Below are positions 28,555-37,810 of a stretch of DNA of 59,722 nucleotides, piece by piece. A program made the translations under genes and the position numbers. The stretch covers positions 1 to 59,722 of the forward strand of contig CBDAFS010000050.1 of assembly GCA_965195285.1 (NCBI GenBank). Direction: 5' to 3'. The DNA comes from an uncultured Aminicenantes bacterium (GTDB lineage: Bacteria > Acidobacteriota > Aminicenantia > UBA2199). The first letter of the stretch is position 1. Every line of letters begins with the position of its first letter. The notes under the pieces were generated by a model that was not told the origin of the DNA, ran no database searches, and saw nothing but the letters and a program-made list of their open reading frames with translations.

Positions 28555-30138
28555 TTACTGACTTTTGGTTGTTAACGGGTACCATTTGGCCTCTGACCTG
28601 ATATCCACGACCGACTGGCCAGAAAATTCATAAAAAGAATTGTAATTATAGGTCCAGCCCAGGATTGATGAATCTCCCCCGGAATGGGTGGTTATGAAAA
28701 AACGGTTGGATAAGGAACCAAAGCTCCTGGCCACATCCATGGCTGTTGCCGGTATACCGCGGCTGGGATCAACCGGTATCCATCCGAATGGCGGCAGATA
28801 GACCTGTGCCCAGCGATGGTAGACCCTGTCCATGGAACCATCATCGCCCCTTACCACCAGACCGGCTTCATACCTGGCCGGTAAACCGGCTGCCCGGGCC
28901 AGGGCAATAAATGAAAAAGTAAATTCCGAACAGGAGCCATTCCCCCGCTTCAGTATCGTGGGGGCTGCATTCCATCCCCCGGTCATCTTGTACTTCATAT
29001 TTAAATGCAAATATTCATGTATTTTAAAGGCAATCCAGAAAGGATTCTTTTCATCTCCAACAATTTTTTTTACCAGCTTCTTAATAAATGGATCATCCGA
29101 TTTCAATTTATGGCCATTTACCAGATACTTTTTGCTGATATCCCGGGGAATGGCATCCAGGGGTTTGACCCATTCCGGAAGTATGAAATAATTGAGATCA
29201 CGGGTCTCGATCTGGACCCGGTAGCCCTGGGTAATGGATTTCAAAGCCGGGATTTTTCCTGATAAATATCCGAATTTCTGATCCCATTTATCCGATACAA
29301 ATGTGAGAGAGTCCGGAAAGTAGGCAATGGGATTCAAGATTTTTTGGTGATCATCATCACCTCCCACACACATATAGAGTCTTGCAGTCACTTCATCCGA
29401 AGGCCCGCGATTGAAAAGAGTATGAGTAAAACAGACTTTCCGTCGGTGGGATTTCCCGCAATAAAAAGGTTTCGACTGAAAGGCAATATCAAGGGCATAC
29501 AGTTTCCTCTGTTCAAAATCCAAAACCCATAGGGTATTGTCTTTTCGGCAAATACCTGCCGGGTAAGGGCCTGGAGAAGGCAAAACCCCAAAAATCACAC
29601 CTTCCGGGGTGGCACAGACAATTTTATCTTCATACCGTTCGGAAAGCCAGAAGTACTTTCCGTCATAAGATAGCGCAGTGGTATCCCGGCCAGGTCCATT
29701 AAAAGTCTGGAGTTCTGTTCCATCGGCAGGATCCAGTTTTAAGAATTTATTTCTTGAACTGGCCCATAGGCATTCACCATCCCAGGCCAGGCCCGACGCA
29801 TCGGTTTCCACCTCGTACAGAACCCTGTCCACTCGTTTTTTATTCAATTGATAGTGAAGAATACGGTTATTCTCCCGGTCACTGATCCATAAACCAGTGG
29901 CATCTTTGGCAATTCCCCAGGGGTGAGCGCATGGCAATGGCAGCGAGTTAATGATTTGTTTTGTCTTTATTGAAAACTGAATCATTTTACCCGTCGCCCG
30001 ATCGGAAATCAGAAGCAGGTCGTTATCCAGGGTCATCCCAAAGGGCTGATCAATATCCAGAACATATGATGAAACCGGCTTTCCAATCTCCGGGAATAAT
30101 AAAGCCGGCAATAATAAAAGGAACCATAATTTTTTCAT
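28555..30138 (-). CDS. Exported transglutaminase-domain protein with N-terminal beta-propeller
   Basis: Catalytic GSCSEF, HRWAQVY and WIPVDP; repeated GLAWDG/LSYDG propeller blades. Confidence 0.9.
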   Translation of the reverse strand: MKKLWFLLLLPALLFPEIGKPVSSYVLDIDQPFGMTLDNDLLLISDRATGKMIQFSIKTKQIINSLPLPCAHPWGIAKDATGLWISDRENNRILHYQLNKKRVDRVLYEVETDASGLAWDGECLWASSRNKFLKLDPADGTELQTFNGPGRDTTALSYDGKYFWLSERYEDKIVCATPEGVIFGVLPSPGPYPAGICRKDNTLWVLDFEQRKLYALDIAFQSKPFYCGKSHRRKVCFTHTLFNRGPSDEVTARLYMCVGGDDDHQKILNPIAYFPDSLTFVSDKWDQKFGYLSGKIPALKSITQGYRVQIETRDLNYFILPEWVKPLDAIPRDISKKYLVNGHKLKSDDPFIKKLVKKIVGDEKNPFWIAFKIHEYLHLNMKYKMTGGWNAAPTILKRGNGSCSEFTFSFIALARAAGLPARYEAGLVVRGDDGSMDRVYHRWAQVYLPPFGWIPVDPSRGIPATAMDVARSFGSLSNRFFITTHSGGDSSILGWTYNYNSFYEFSGQSVVDIRSEAKWYPLTTKSQ

Positions 30139-30241
30139 TAGAACCTCCTGTTTTATTTTACTTATTCGGACTCATAAAATCCAGTGCACGGATTATTTTT
30201 CATAATAACAGGAATAAAAAACCAAATAGAAACCAAACCGA

Positions 30242-30820
30242 TTATTTAGTTTTGAATAGATTCCAGCTGGAAAGCCAGGTATTTTCTATCTTTTCACTGG
30301 ACTTCATTTCCCCAAAAAAAGATTCTTCAGGAAACAGGTCCTTTATGTCGAGACAATTGATACGGTTATCCTTGGTCAATTTTGTAAACATCGCTTCCGA
30401 ATAACCTCTTATCAGATAAATGCATGCAATATCATAAAAATTATCAATCTTCATCATCATGGTCATGGCCTGGTACAGACCGAGTGTATCGGTAAAGAAA
30501 CCCGAAGAAATGATATGTTCCCACAAAATTTTTTTCGAGTAATGAATGGCAAATAATATCTCGCTCAATGGAAATTTTTCAACATACCGGGCTTTCCCAA
30601 TTTTCAGATACACCTTGCCAACTACCTTCATGTCGATATCCTGAGAAATCCACCTGACCAGGTTATCAAAGTCATCCTTTCCGCGTTTGGTCAATTCTTC
30701 GTTGGTAAAGTGTTTATAAGTCAGGGTGTATTCGGAATCCAGTATACCCCTGGCCCATTTCATTCCCAATTCCAGAGATTGATTCCCAATGGTTTCCAGT
30801 AACTTGTGAACGATAAGCAT
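30242..30820 (-). CDS. Conserved hypothetical protein, globin-like/RsbRD-N-like helical sensor fold
   Basis: W...GKARY.EKFPLSE...ILW...FYD...RGY pattern. Confidence 0.6.
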   Translation of the reverse strand: MLIVHKLLETIGNQSLELGMKWARGILDSEYTLTYKHFTNEELTKRGKDDFDNLVRWISQDIDMKVVGKVYLKIGKARYVEKFPLSEILFAIHYSKKILWEHIISSGFFTDTLGLYQAMTMMMKIDNFYDIACIYLIRGYSEAMFTKLTKDNRINCLDIKDLFPEESFFGEMKSSEKIENTWLSSWNLFKTK

Positions 30821-30927
30821 ACCCTACTCTCTGGATATAATATAATTCCATTTCGGGGTATTTTCAACCGGCTGAACCAAGGTCTTCCGGGATTTTTCTC
30901 TCCGTTCAGGTTTTATTCGATTTTAGG

Positions 30928-30991
30928 ATGGCAGCGCATGTACCGCAATGGTATATGGCAGCGCCATGTACCGACTGGTACATGGCAGCGC
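30928..30991. repeat. 27-bp tandem repeat of the tRNA 3' end plus hairpin
   Basis: atggcagcgc at 30928, 30955 and 30982; spacers are catgtacc..ggtacatg-type hairpins. Confidence 0.8.
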
Positions 30992-31029
30992 TACGGGGAA
31001 TCGAACCCCGGTTTGATGACTGAGAATCA
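30986..31029 (-). repeat. att site: displaced 3' part of tRNA-Glu
   Basis: 44 bp identical to 39222-39265; followed on the minus strand by CCA (30983-30985). Confidence 0.95.
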
Positions 31030-31348
31030 AGACTGTACAAATAGCCTAAATGGCCTATATAAATGGATATCCCAATCTATATATTGAAAAAACACCTATC
31101 AAAGTATATCAAAGTGTGACTGTTTTGACCATACGTTGACCAACTCTATTTCCCGATCAGGACTGCATTTCCGGAGAATTGCAGTTTTAACGGTAATCCA
31201 ACAAAAAATATTTTTGTCAATATTTGGTCAAAGTTTTTATCAATAACAATGTTTGCCATTTAGCACATAAAATCGCCCCTCAGAATTGATCCTGAGCATT
31301 CCTGATGGGGTTTTTCCATACAGAAAAGACATCATTCCCAACCGTTTA

Positions 31349-32029
31349 TTAATGATTTAAAATGATACCGTATATAGCAAATTTTTGCTCTTTCTCCAGT
31401 GCCCAAATAACATTTCCATAATCAAAGTGCCAGAACTCTCTTAAATCACATACAAAATCTTCTTTTTCAAACAATGTGATTAATAATTTCCTGTTTTTCT
31501 TTGCTTTAGGGGTAATCTCAGGATGATATGGATAACATTTTTTATTGAGATTTATTTTGTATCCATTATTCGTTCCAAAGTCCATTATACATTCATTTTT
31601 TAAATCATATATTAAAGCATCCACAGCTCCGCCGGTTGAATGCATGGATTTTTTTTCTAAAGCAATAAAATTTGCAACCATCTCTTTAATTTCTTTTCTT
31701 TGTTTATTGGGATTTTTTTTTTGCAATAATTTATAAAAATTATTCCATAAGAGTTGTTGGTGTTTAAAAGATCTCCATACGGAACGAATGATCAATACTT
31801 TATTTTCTTTATTTAATTGTTTGCTTATTTTGCCTATTTTTTTAGAGACAGTTTTTCTGACTAAATATCTATAGTCCTTTTTAATAGATGGCTCGAATAT
31901 AAGATTATAGCCAGATTCTTTTAGACTGATTAACGGAGAATTATTTTCTCTAATGGGAATGGTTTCAATAAGTTTCTTTTGCAGAAGGATTTTCTGGTCA
32001 ACTGTTTCGCAATATTCTTGAGCATTCAT
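31349..32029 (-). CDS. D-Ala-D-Ala dipeptidase-like peptidase (M15, VanX/DdpX-like)
   Basis: WRS, SMHSTGGAVD (SxHxxGxAxD) and EFWHFDYG. Confidence 0.85.
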   Translation of the reverse strand: MNAQEYCETVDQKILLQKKLIETIPIRENNSPLISLKESGYNLIFEPSIKKDYRYLVRKTVSKKIGKISKQLNKENKVLIIRSVWRSFKHQQLLWNNFYKLLQKKNPNKQRKEIKEMVANFIALEKKSMHSTGGAVDALIYDLKNECIMDFGTNNGYKINLNKKCYPYHPEITPKAKKNRKLLITLFEKEDFVCDLREFWHFDYGNVIWALEKEQKFAIYGIILNH

Positions 32030-32071
32030 TAAGATTCCTTATTTATTCTGGGAGTTGCCATATAAGCTGCT

Positions 32072-33205
32072 CTAAATTCCAGCCAATTCAGGGAACTTCA
32101 TTATGAGCAGATTTATAAGTTTTTTGCATCCATGTTTCAGAACATCCGTTGTTGGAAGCTTATACCTCATCTCATAGTCTGTAATGGTTTTGTCAATTTC
32201 CTCGTCTGTCATCTCTTCATGGTTGAGAGTGATGGCAATCACCTTTGATCTTGAGAATACCTCGTTCAGTTCGATCTCACTCTCAAGTGTGGGCATGGGT
32301 ATATCGGGATAATCACAATGGTTTTTTCTTTTTGGCGGGTGCTGGATGATAATTGCATTGGGCATTGCTCCCCTGATGATAGCGCTTGATGAGGTAAATG
32401 CAGGATGGCTCAAAGCACCTTGCCCCTCAACAATGATTATATCTGGGTGCTCTGTCTCAAAGGCATCCACAATCGCTTTTTCTACTTCTCCAGTGGCAAA
32501 GCCAGAAGTTAGAACATCCAAAGCCATCCCATATTTTGAACCCTGAAGTAAACTGGTTTGGCCTGTTCCGATATATACAGCGTTTAGGCCTTTGTTTTTC
32601 AAGGCCTGAACCAGACATCGGGTGGTAGTTCTTTTACCAACAGCGCAATCTGTTCCAACAATAACTATTACGGGAATATTAACTCCAGCGATATTGCCTG
32701 AGAAACAATGCAGGTCCTTTCTCATTGGAGGTTTCCTTACATCATATATCTTAACATTGTAATCAAGTGCCTTTTGAACAAATTCTTCATCATCAGTAAA
32801 AAACTCAGGTAGACCATTCACAATGTCCATTCCCTTTCTCATGGCAGCTGTGATTAAATTCCTTTGGTCCTTGTCAAGATATGAAGCCAGTGGGGCGATG
32901 CCGTAGATGAAATATTCAGGAACATAATTCAAGGTTTCCATGGCATTATCAATGTCATGGAATATCGGTATCCCTTTTTTTATGCCATCAAGATATTCTC
33001 CTGCATCAAGACCGGCCTTTGTGCTGTCTATAATACCTACGATTTCATACCGCTCCGTGAATCTAATCAGGCCATTGGCAACCTTACCATCTATGTTCCC
33101 AAATTCATTTTCGCAATATACCAATGCCCGTGCTTTAAGAAGTTGTTTCTTTGCTGGATAACTGCTTCCCTCATCGCCGGTAAAATTCTGTGTCCTAAAC
33201 ATCAT
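32072..33205 (-). CDS. DUF1611 domain protein (DgcN-like, P-loop)
   Basis: GKVANGLIR, GTDCAVGKRTT, TGQT and VEGQGALSHP. Confidence 0.9.
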   Translation of the reverse strand: MMFRTQNFTGDEGSSYPAKKQLLKARALVYCENEFGNIDGKVANGLIRFTERYEIVGIIDSTKAGLDAGEYLDGIKKGIPIFHDIDNAMETLNYVPEYFIYGIAPLASYLDKDQRNLITAAMRKGMDIVNGLPEFFTDDEEFVQKALDYNVKIYDVRKPPMRKDLHCFSGNIAGVNIPVIVIVGTDCAVGKRTTTRCLVQALKNKGLNAVYIGTGQTSLLQGSKYGMALDVLTSGFATGEVEKAIVDAFETEHPDIIIVEGQGALSHPAFTSSSAIIRGAMPNAIIIQHPPKRKNHCDYPDIPMPTLESEIELNEVFSRSKVIAITLNHEEMTDEEIDKTITDYEMRYKLPTTDVLKHGCKKLINLLIMKFPELAGI

Positions 33206-33336
33206 TTATCCTGGATTGTTTGGGAAATGAAAATATTGGTAACATTATTCGTATAAGACTTTCTCTTGAATTTATCATTTATTTCTCCTAAAAAATTTAT
33301 GGTTAAAAAATACATTGAAACTTTTAGTAAAAAAAG

Positions 33337-33576
33337 CTAATTAATTTCATTAACTTCAATAACACTTTTAAAAAATTTTTTTCCGTTCAAGTGGTTAATA
33401 GCAGCCAGTGAATTCTCTTTCGAAGGCATATTGATATATCCGAATCCTTTTGAATCATAAAGGAATCTATTCTTTATCAATCTAACTAACTTAACACTGC
33501 CAAATATTTTAAATAACACTCGTAAATCACCAGCAGACATTTGATAAGGTAAATTTCCAATATATATATTCATCAT
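33337..33576 (-). CDS. RRM RNA-binding protein
   Basis: RNP2 IYIGNL, RNP1 SKGFGYI and AINHLNG. Confidence 0.88.
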   Translation of the reverse strand: MMNIYIGNLPYQMSAGDLRVLFKIFGSVKLVRLIKNRFLYDSKGFGYINMPSKENSLAAINHLNGKKFFKSVIEVNEIN

Positions 33577-33599
33577 ATACTCCTATTGCCGGTAATTTT

Positions 33600-33980
33600 C
33601 TATTTTAAATCGGGAAAATGATTCCTGATCAATTGATTCGACGTATTGATAAGCGGTAACATACATTCCTTGGTAAAAAGATTTATTAATTTTTCCCCGG
33701 GCTTCTCAAGATTATAGTATTTTCTCGGAGGGCCCTGATTGGATTTCAGCCATTTTATCGATACCATGCCATTCTTGTTAAGGTTCTTTAAAATCTGGTA
33801 AATAGCGCTTTCCTGGAATACTATTTTGGATTGTGAAATCTCCATGAGTCGCTTGTTAATTTCCAATCCATACATTGAACGCTCTCTTAGAAGCAACAGT
33901 ATGAAATACCCGCTAAATCCTTTTTTATATTCTTTTCCCCAGACCTTCAACATTTGACTCACATTCTTTTTTATTTCCAT
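33600..33980 (-). CDS. PadR-family transcriptional regulator
   Basis: MYGLEI, AIYQILKNL and GPPRKYYNL. Confidence 0.9.
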   Translation of the reverse strand: MEIKKNVSQMLKVWGKEYKKGFSGYFILLLLRERSMYGLEINKRLMEISQSKIVFQESAIYQILKNLNKNGMVSIKWLKSNQGPPRKYYNLEKPGEKLINLFTKECMLPLINTSNQLIRNHFPDLK

Positions 33981-33989
33981 GATTATTAT

Positions 33990-34034
33990 TTATTATACTA
34001 TAGTTTATTATACTATAGTTTATTCTACAATAGT
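33990..34034. promoter_or_regulatory. Triple 15-bp tandem repeat, putative PadR operator
   Basis: ttattatactatagt twice plus ttattctacaatagt, containing the palindrome actatagt; about 10 bp upstream of padR. Confidence 0.6.
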
Positions 34035-34249
34035 TAAATCCATTTGTCAAGAATTTTATTTATTTTAGATTTGTGACTAAATTGTGACCATAATAAACCA
34101 TATTTAACTGGCTTTAACTGCATTTAAATGGCTTTTTGTAATTGAAAAAATGGCTTGAAATCATTTCCTAATCTTCGGTTTAGGCTATATGAGAGGCTTT
34201 CGGTGAAAAATTGAAAAAATGCTGGATTCGATTCGTAATCAAAAATAAA

Positions 34250-35257
34250 GGGTGACGGTGCTTGAAAAAAGGGGGTGACGGTGCTTGATTTCTTGACAAT
34301 ATCATCCTTATCTTTCCAGACGATCTTTGGCATACCGGTATAATTTACCCAGGGAGTGCAATTTTACATCACTAAAGATTGGATAGTTAATTATCTCTGA
34401 ATATTTCAACCCTGCCCTATCTTTCAAATAAACCAGCAAATTACCTCTCAGTCTTTTTCCTTCATAAGTTTTGGAATTAATGTCTATAGGATCTATCTTA
34501 TATATCCTCCTAAATTCATAAAATACTTTTTCAACCGGTTCGAAATAATAATCACTTATGCGTTTATGTCCATCAGCTTGATCTCCAGGTTTTCTGCGAT
34601 TAAACTTTTCTAAGACTTCAACCTCAATATTATCCCCACCAATAACCTTTCCAAACCTTGTTTTAACCATTGGTAATTCATTTATATCTAATTTTGAAAT
34701 ATAATCAGACATATTTTTAAGGCTGCCAAAAAGATCTTCAACAAATTTGTGATCAACAATCCTTGTAGCATTACTATTAAAATATCTTTTAAAGCTTGAC
34801 CATGGATAATCCAGGAAGTTTTTAACCGATCCCTCTATCACTGGATTGCTTAAAACATACCCGATAACGGTTATTAAATATGACTCATTCTGTATCAGGG
34901 CTGATTTATATCTGTCTTGAAAGACATACCCTTTACCACGGTTTTTTTTTCTATAGATTCTTCCAAACTGACCATTTAGTTTTTTAAAAAATTCAGACAT
35001 CTGCCTTGAGCTGTTTTCCAGGACTAAATGGTAATGGTTATTCATAATACAGTAAGCAAAAATTCTTATACGATGCTCTTTTGAGATTTTATCTAGTAAA
35101 CCTAGAAAAACTTCCTTTTCCGAATCTTCCTGAAATATTTTCTTACCTTCATGCCCCCGATTCATGGCATGATGATAGGCACCTTGGTAGGTAATCCTCG
35201 CTCTTCTCATTATTCATTTGTACTAAAAAGAAATCAAGATGTCAAGCACCGTCACCC
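34250..35257. mobile_element. Inverted-repeat-bounded Y1/RAYT transposase unit
   Basis: gggtgacggtgcttga at 34250-34265 and 34273-34288; its exact reverse complement at 35242-35257. Confidence 0.75.
34308..35210 (-). CDS. REP-associated tyrosine transposase (RAYT, Y1/HUH) with C-terminal helical domain
   Basis: YHHAMNRG, HUH motif MNNHYHL, FQDRYKS, Y..NPV and YPWSS. Confidence 0.92.
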   Translation of the reverse strand: MRRARITYQGAYHHAMNRGHEGKKIFQEDSEKEVFLGLLDKISKEHRIRIFAYCIMNNHYHLVLENSSRQMSEFFKKLNGQFGRIYRKKNRGKGYVFQDRYKSALIQNESYLITVIGYVLSNPVIEGSVKNFLDYPWSSFKRYFNSNATRIVDHKFVEDLFGSLKNMSDYISKLDINELPMVKTRFGKVIGGDNIEVEVLEKFNRRKPGDQADGHKRISDYYFEPVEKVFYEFRRIYKIDPIDINSKTYEGKRLRGNLLVYLKDRAGLKYSEIINYPIFSDVKLHSLGKLYRYAKDRLER

Positions 35258-35268
35258 TTTTTTTTCCA

Positions 35269-37434
35269 TTAAAAATTTTCTAAAGAAATTAAATGAATCA
35301 TTCCCTTTGCATCCCCTATTACAATACAATGTCCATCTGGGCTGAATGCAAAAACTTCCGTCCTTATTCCATATCCTTTAAATATAGCCAATTCATTTCC
35401 ATTATTCACATTGAATATTTTTAAGCTATGACTATCTAATATAGCGATTTTATTCCCTTCAGGACTAAATTTTGCACTAATATAATCTTTATAGTCAAAG
35501 TCCACTATTAAAGTTTCTTTTTCTGCATCCCATATTTTCAAATCTTCTCGATTCAAATTTCTGTTACGACTAATCGATAATATTTTTTTGCCATCAGGAC
35601 TGAAAACACAAAAAGATACATCTTCATTATGTCCAGCGAATTTGCCAGTTTTTCTTAAAGTGGTTGTACTCCTAATTATTAGGTCTTTTCCACTGGTATA
35701 AACCAACTTTTTCCCATCCGGACTAAAGGCGATTGAACTAATATGACCACAATCAGAAGTTAATATTTCTGAACATTTTTCAATATCCCAAACTTTCAAT
35801 GTTTTAGTATCGATTGAAGCCAACTTTTTAGAATCACTGCTGAAAGCGCAGTTTATTATTTTTTGACTGTGGCCATTAAGAATCGTCAACTTCTTTCCTT
35901 CTATTCCATCCCAAATTCTAATGATTCCGTCTTCACTACCAGAGGCGATTAGCATACCACAGGGACTAAAGCAATATGCAGATATTGACTTTGAGTGCCC
36001 TCTAAGAGTTTTAATTCTTTTTCCACTTGGTATACGTCTAAGTTTTAATTTTTTATAACTAACAATAATGATACGTGTTCCATCTGGGCTGAATACACTT
36101 TGATATCCCCATCCACTATCTTTAAAAGTAGCAAGCACTTCTAATGTTCTAGCATTCATTAATTTATGCAATCTGAAGACACCAGAAATTATATAATCAC
36201 CATCAGGGCTAAAATTACATGTTTGAACACGATACGGGAAATCTTTCAAATATCCTTCCTTTTCAGAAGATTCTATATCCCATAGTTTTATAGAGTTATC
36301 ATTTGAACATGCAGAAATCATTTTCATTCCGTTATGACTGAAGCAACAAGCGATAATTGTTCCTGTATGACCTCCTAGATTAGCAATTTCCTTTCCAGAA
36401 TTTAATTTCCATACCTTGATATTAGATCCACAAGCAACAATCTTTTTGCTGTCTGGACTGAAATTACAGCTATTTAAGTCCATACCTTCTATTTCAAAAG
36501 TTTTAATCCTTTTCAGCTTTTTTGCATCTAATAATTCTAATTTTTTTTTATCTCCAAAAGTAACTATTTTTTTACCATCTGGACTGAATGCGCATGCCTT
36601 AATACTATTATGTAGGCTTTTCAAAGTTGCAACTTCTTTTCTCTTCCTAATGTTCCAAAGTTGCAGGGTTCCATCATCAATAGCAAACAAGATTTTATCC
36701 CCATCAGGACTAAATACACATGAATTAACTTCACCATCAAGACCTTTAAAAGTCATAAGTAAATTACCTGTATAAGAATCCCAAATTCTTAGAATCCTGC
36801 CATGAAGAGCGCAAATAACTTGTTTGCTATCAGGACTTAAGGCACATGCTCCTACATTTGTAATATTGGTAATACTGACTATCTCTTTACTTTTTTCTAC
36901 GTCCCATATTTTTATTTCGCCGAATGAAGGAGCTATTTTTATAGCCAAAGAAATGTCAAATGCTGACCCTTTGATTTCAAATCTTCCTCCACAGGTTACA
37001 ATTAAAGATTTATCAAGGCTGATTGAAGAGTAGTTTATGTTAAAATTAAGTCCTTTTAATATAAAACATGAGATTTCCTTTCCACTTTTCACATCCCATT
37101 TTCGGATTGTTTTGTCACTTCCTACCGAAATAATTTGCGTTCCATTGTTTTTGAAAGCACAATCAATTACTCCCATATGACCGGAAAAAGTACGGATTAG
37201 ATGTTTACTTTCAGTCTTTTTAGTAGATAGGATCCGCAACCAGGGTTTTTTATATTTATCAAATCCGGAATCTGTTATATTTAATAAAGCCTTATTTGTG
37301 TTTGCCTGACTATAAAAGTAATGATAAAGCCTTGGATATACAAGTTCAGGATTTTCTTTTAAAACAAATGATTCCCGGTCTACTCCTTTTAAGAATGATT
37401 CAATCACACTCCTCTTTTCCTTCATTTTTTTCAA
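35269..37434 (-). CDS. WD40-repeat protein (about two propellers) with short N-terminal helical linker
   Basis: Many GH...C.FSPDG...WD repeats; N-terminus RESFVLKENPELVY...KPWLR. Confidence 0.92.
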   Translation of the reverse strand: MKKMKEKRSVIESFLKGVDRESFVLKENPELVYPRLYHYFYSQANTNKALLNITDSGFDKYKKPWLRILSTKKTESKHLIRTFSGHMGVIDCAFKNNGTQIISVGSDKTIRKWDVKSGKEISCFILKGLNFNINYSSISLDKSLIVTCGGRFEIKGSAFDISLAIKIAPSFGEIKIWDVEKSKEIVSITNITNVGACALSPDSKQVICALHGRILRIWDSYTGNLLMTFKGLDGEVNSCVFSPDGDKILFAIDDGTLQLWNIRKRKEVATLKSLHNSIKACAFSPDGKKIVTFGDKKKLELLDAKKLKRIKTFEIEGMDLNSCNFSPDSKKIVACGSNIKVWKLNSGKEIANLGGHTGTIIACCFSHNGMKMISACSNDNSIKLWDIESSEKEGYLKDFPYRVQTCNFSPDGDYIISGVFRLHKLMNARTLEVLATFKDSGWGYQSVFSPDGTRIIIVSYKKLKLRRIPSGKRIKTLRGHSKSISAYCFSPCGMLIASGSEDGIIRIWDGIEGKKLTILNGHSQKIINCAFSSDSKKLASIDTKTLKVWDIEKCSEILTSDCGHISSIAFSPDGKKLVYTSGKDLIIRSTTTLRKTGKFAGHNEDVSFCVFSPDGKKILSISRNRNLNREDLKIWDAEKETLIVDFDYKDYISAKFSPEGNKIAILDSHSLKIFNVNNGNELAIFKGYGIRTEVFAFSPDGHCIVIGDAKGMIHLISLENF

Positions 37435-37810
37435 TTTACTATTTTTAATTTATAATCCCTTTTATGATATATCAAAAAGACAATTTAAATTCAACATACT
37501 GCTTATATGATAGATTTTTGGTTATAAGATTTTCTTATACTAGACTAAATTCGTGTCAAAAGATTAATATAAAATTATTGTCATTGGCGTACTTCCCGTC
37601 CTCCCCATTTTTTTACTAAATATTACCAGCCTTATAGACAAGACAGGAAGCTCACTTTCAGGCACTTTGACAAAAGAAACGACCTTTACACCGGAGAATA
37701 CCGTACTTTTTATCCAACTAATTAATTTGATCCCAAGAAAACTGAATACGATTATTGAAATTATAACTAATGCAGCGGTGGAAACAATCTTCTTGGTTTT
37801 TCCCCTCCGC

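Noticed and set aside
30928-31029. Possible mini CRISPR array or second tRNA gene
   Set aside because: Repeats are only 10 bp with 17-bp related spacers and no cas genes are present; the tRNA-like part lacks the 5' half.
30806-31087. 93-aa + strand ORF with repeated WQR motifs
   Set aside because: It is a translation of the 27-bp repeats and att site, not a credible protein.
31349-32029. Vancomycin resistance (vanX) locus
   Set aside because: No vanA/vanH ligase-dehydrogenase or vanRS genes are nearby, and M15 dipeptidases are widespread.
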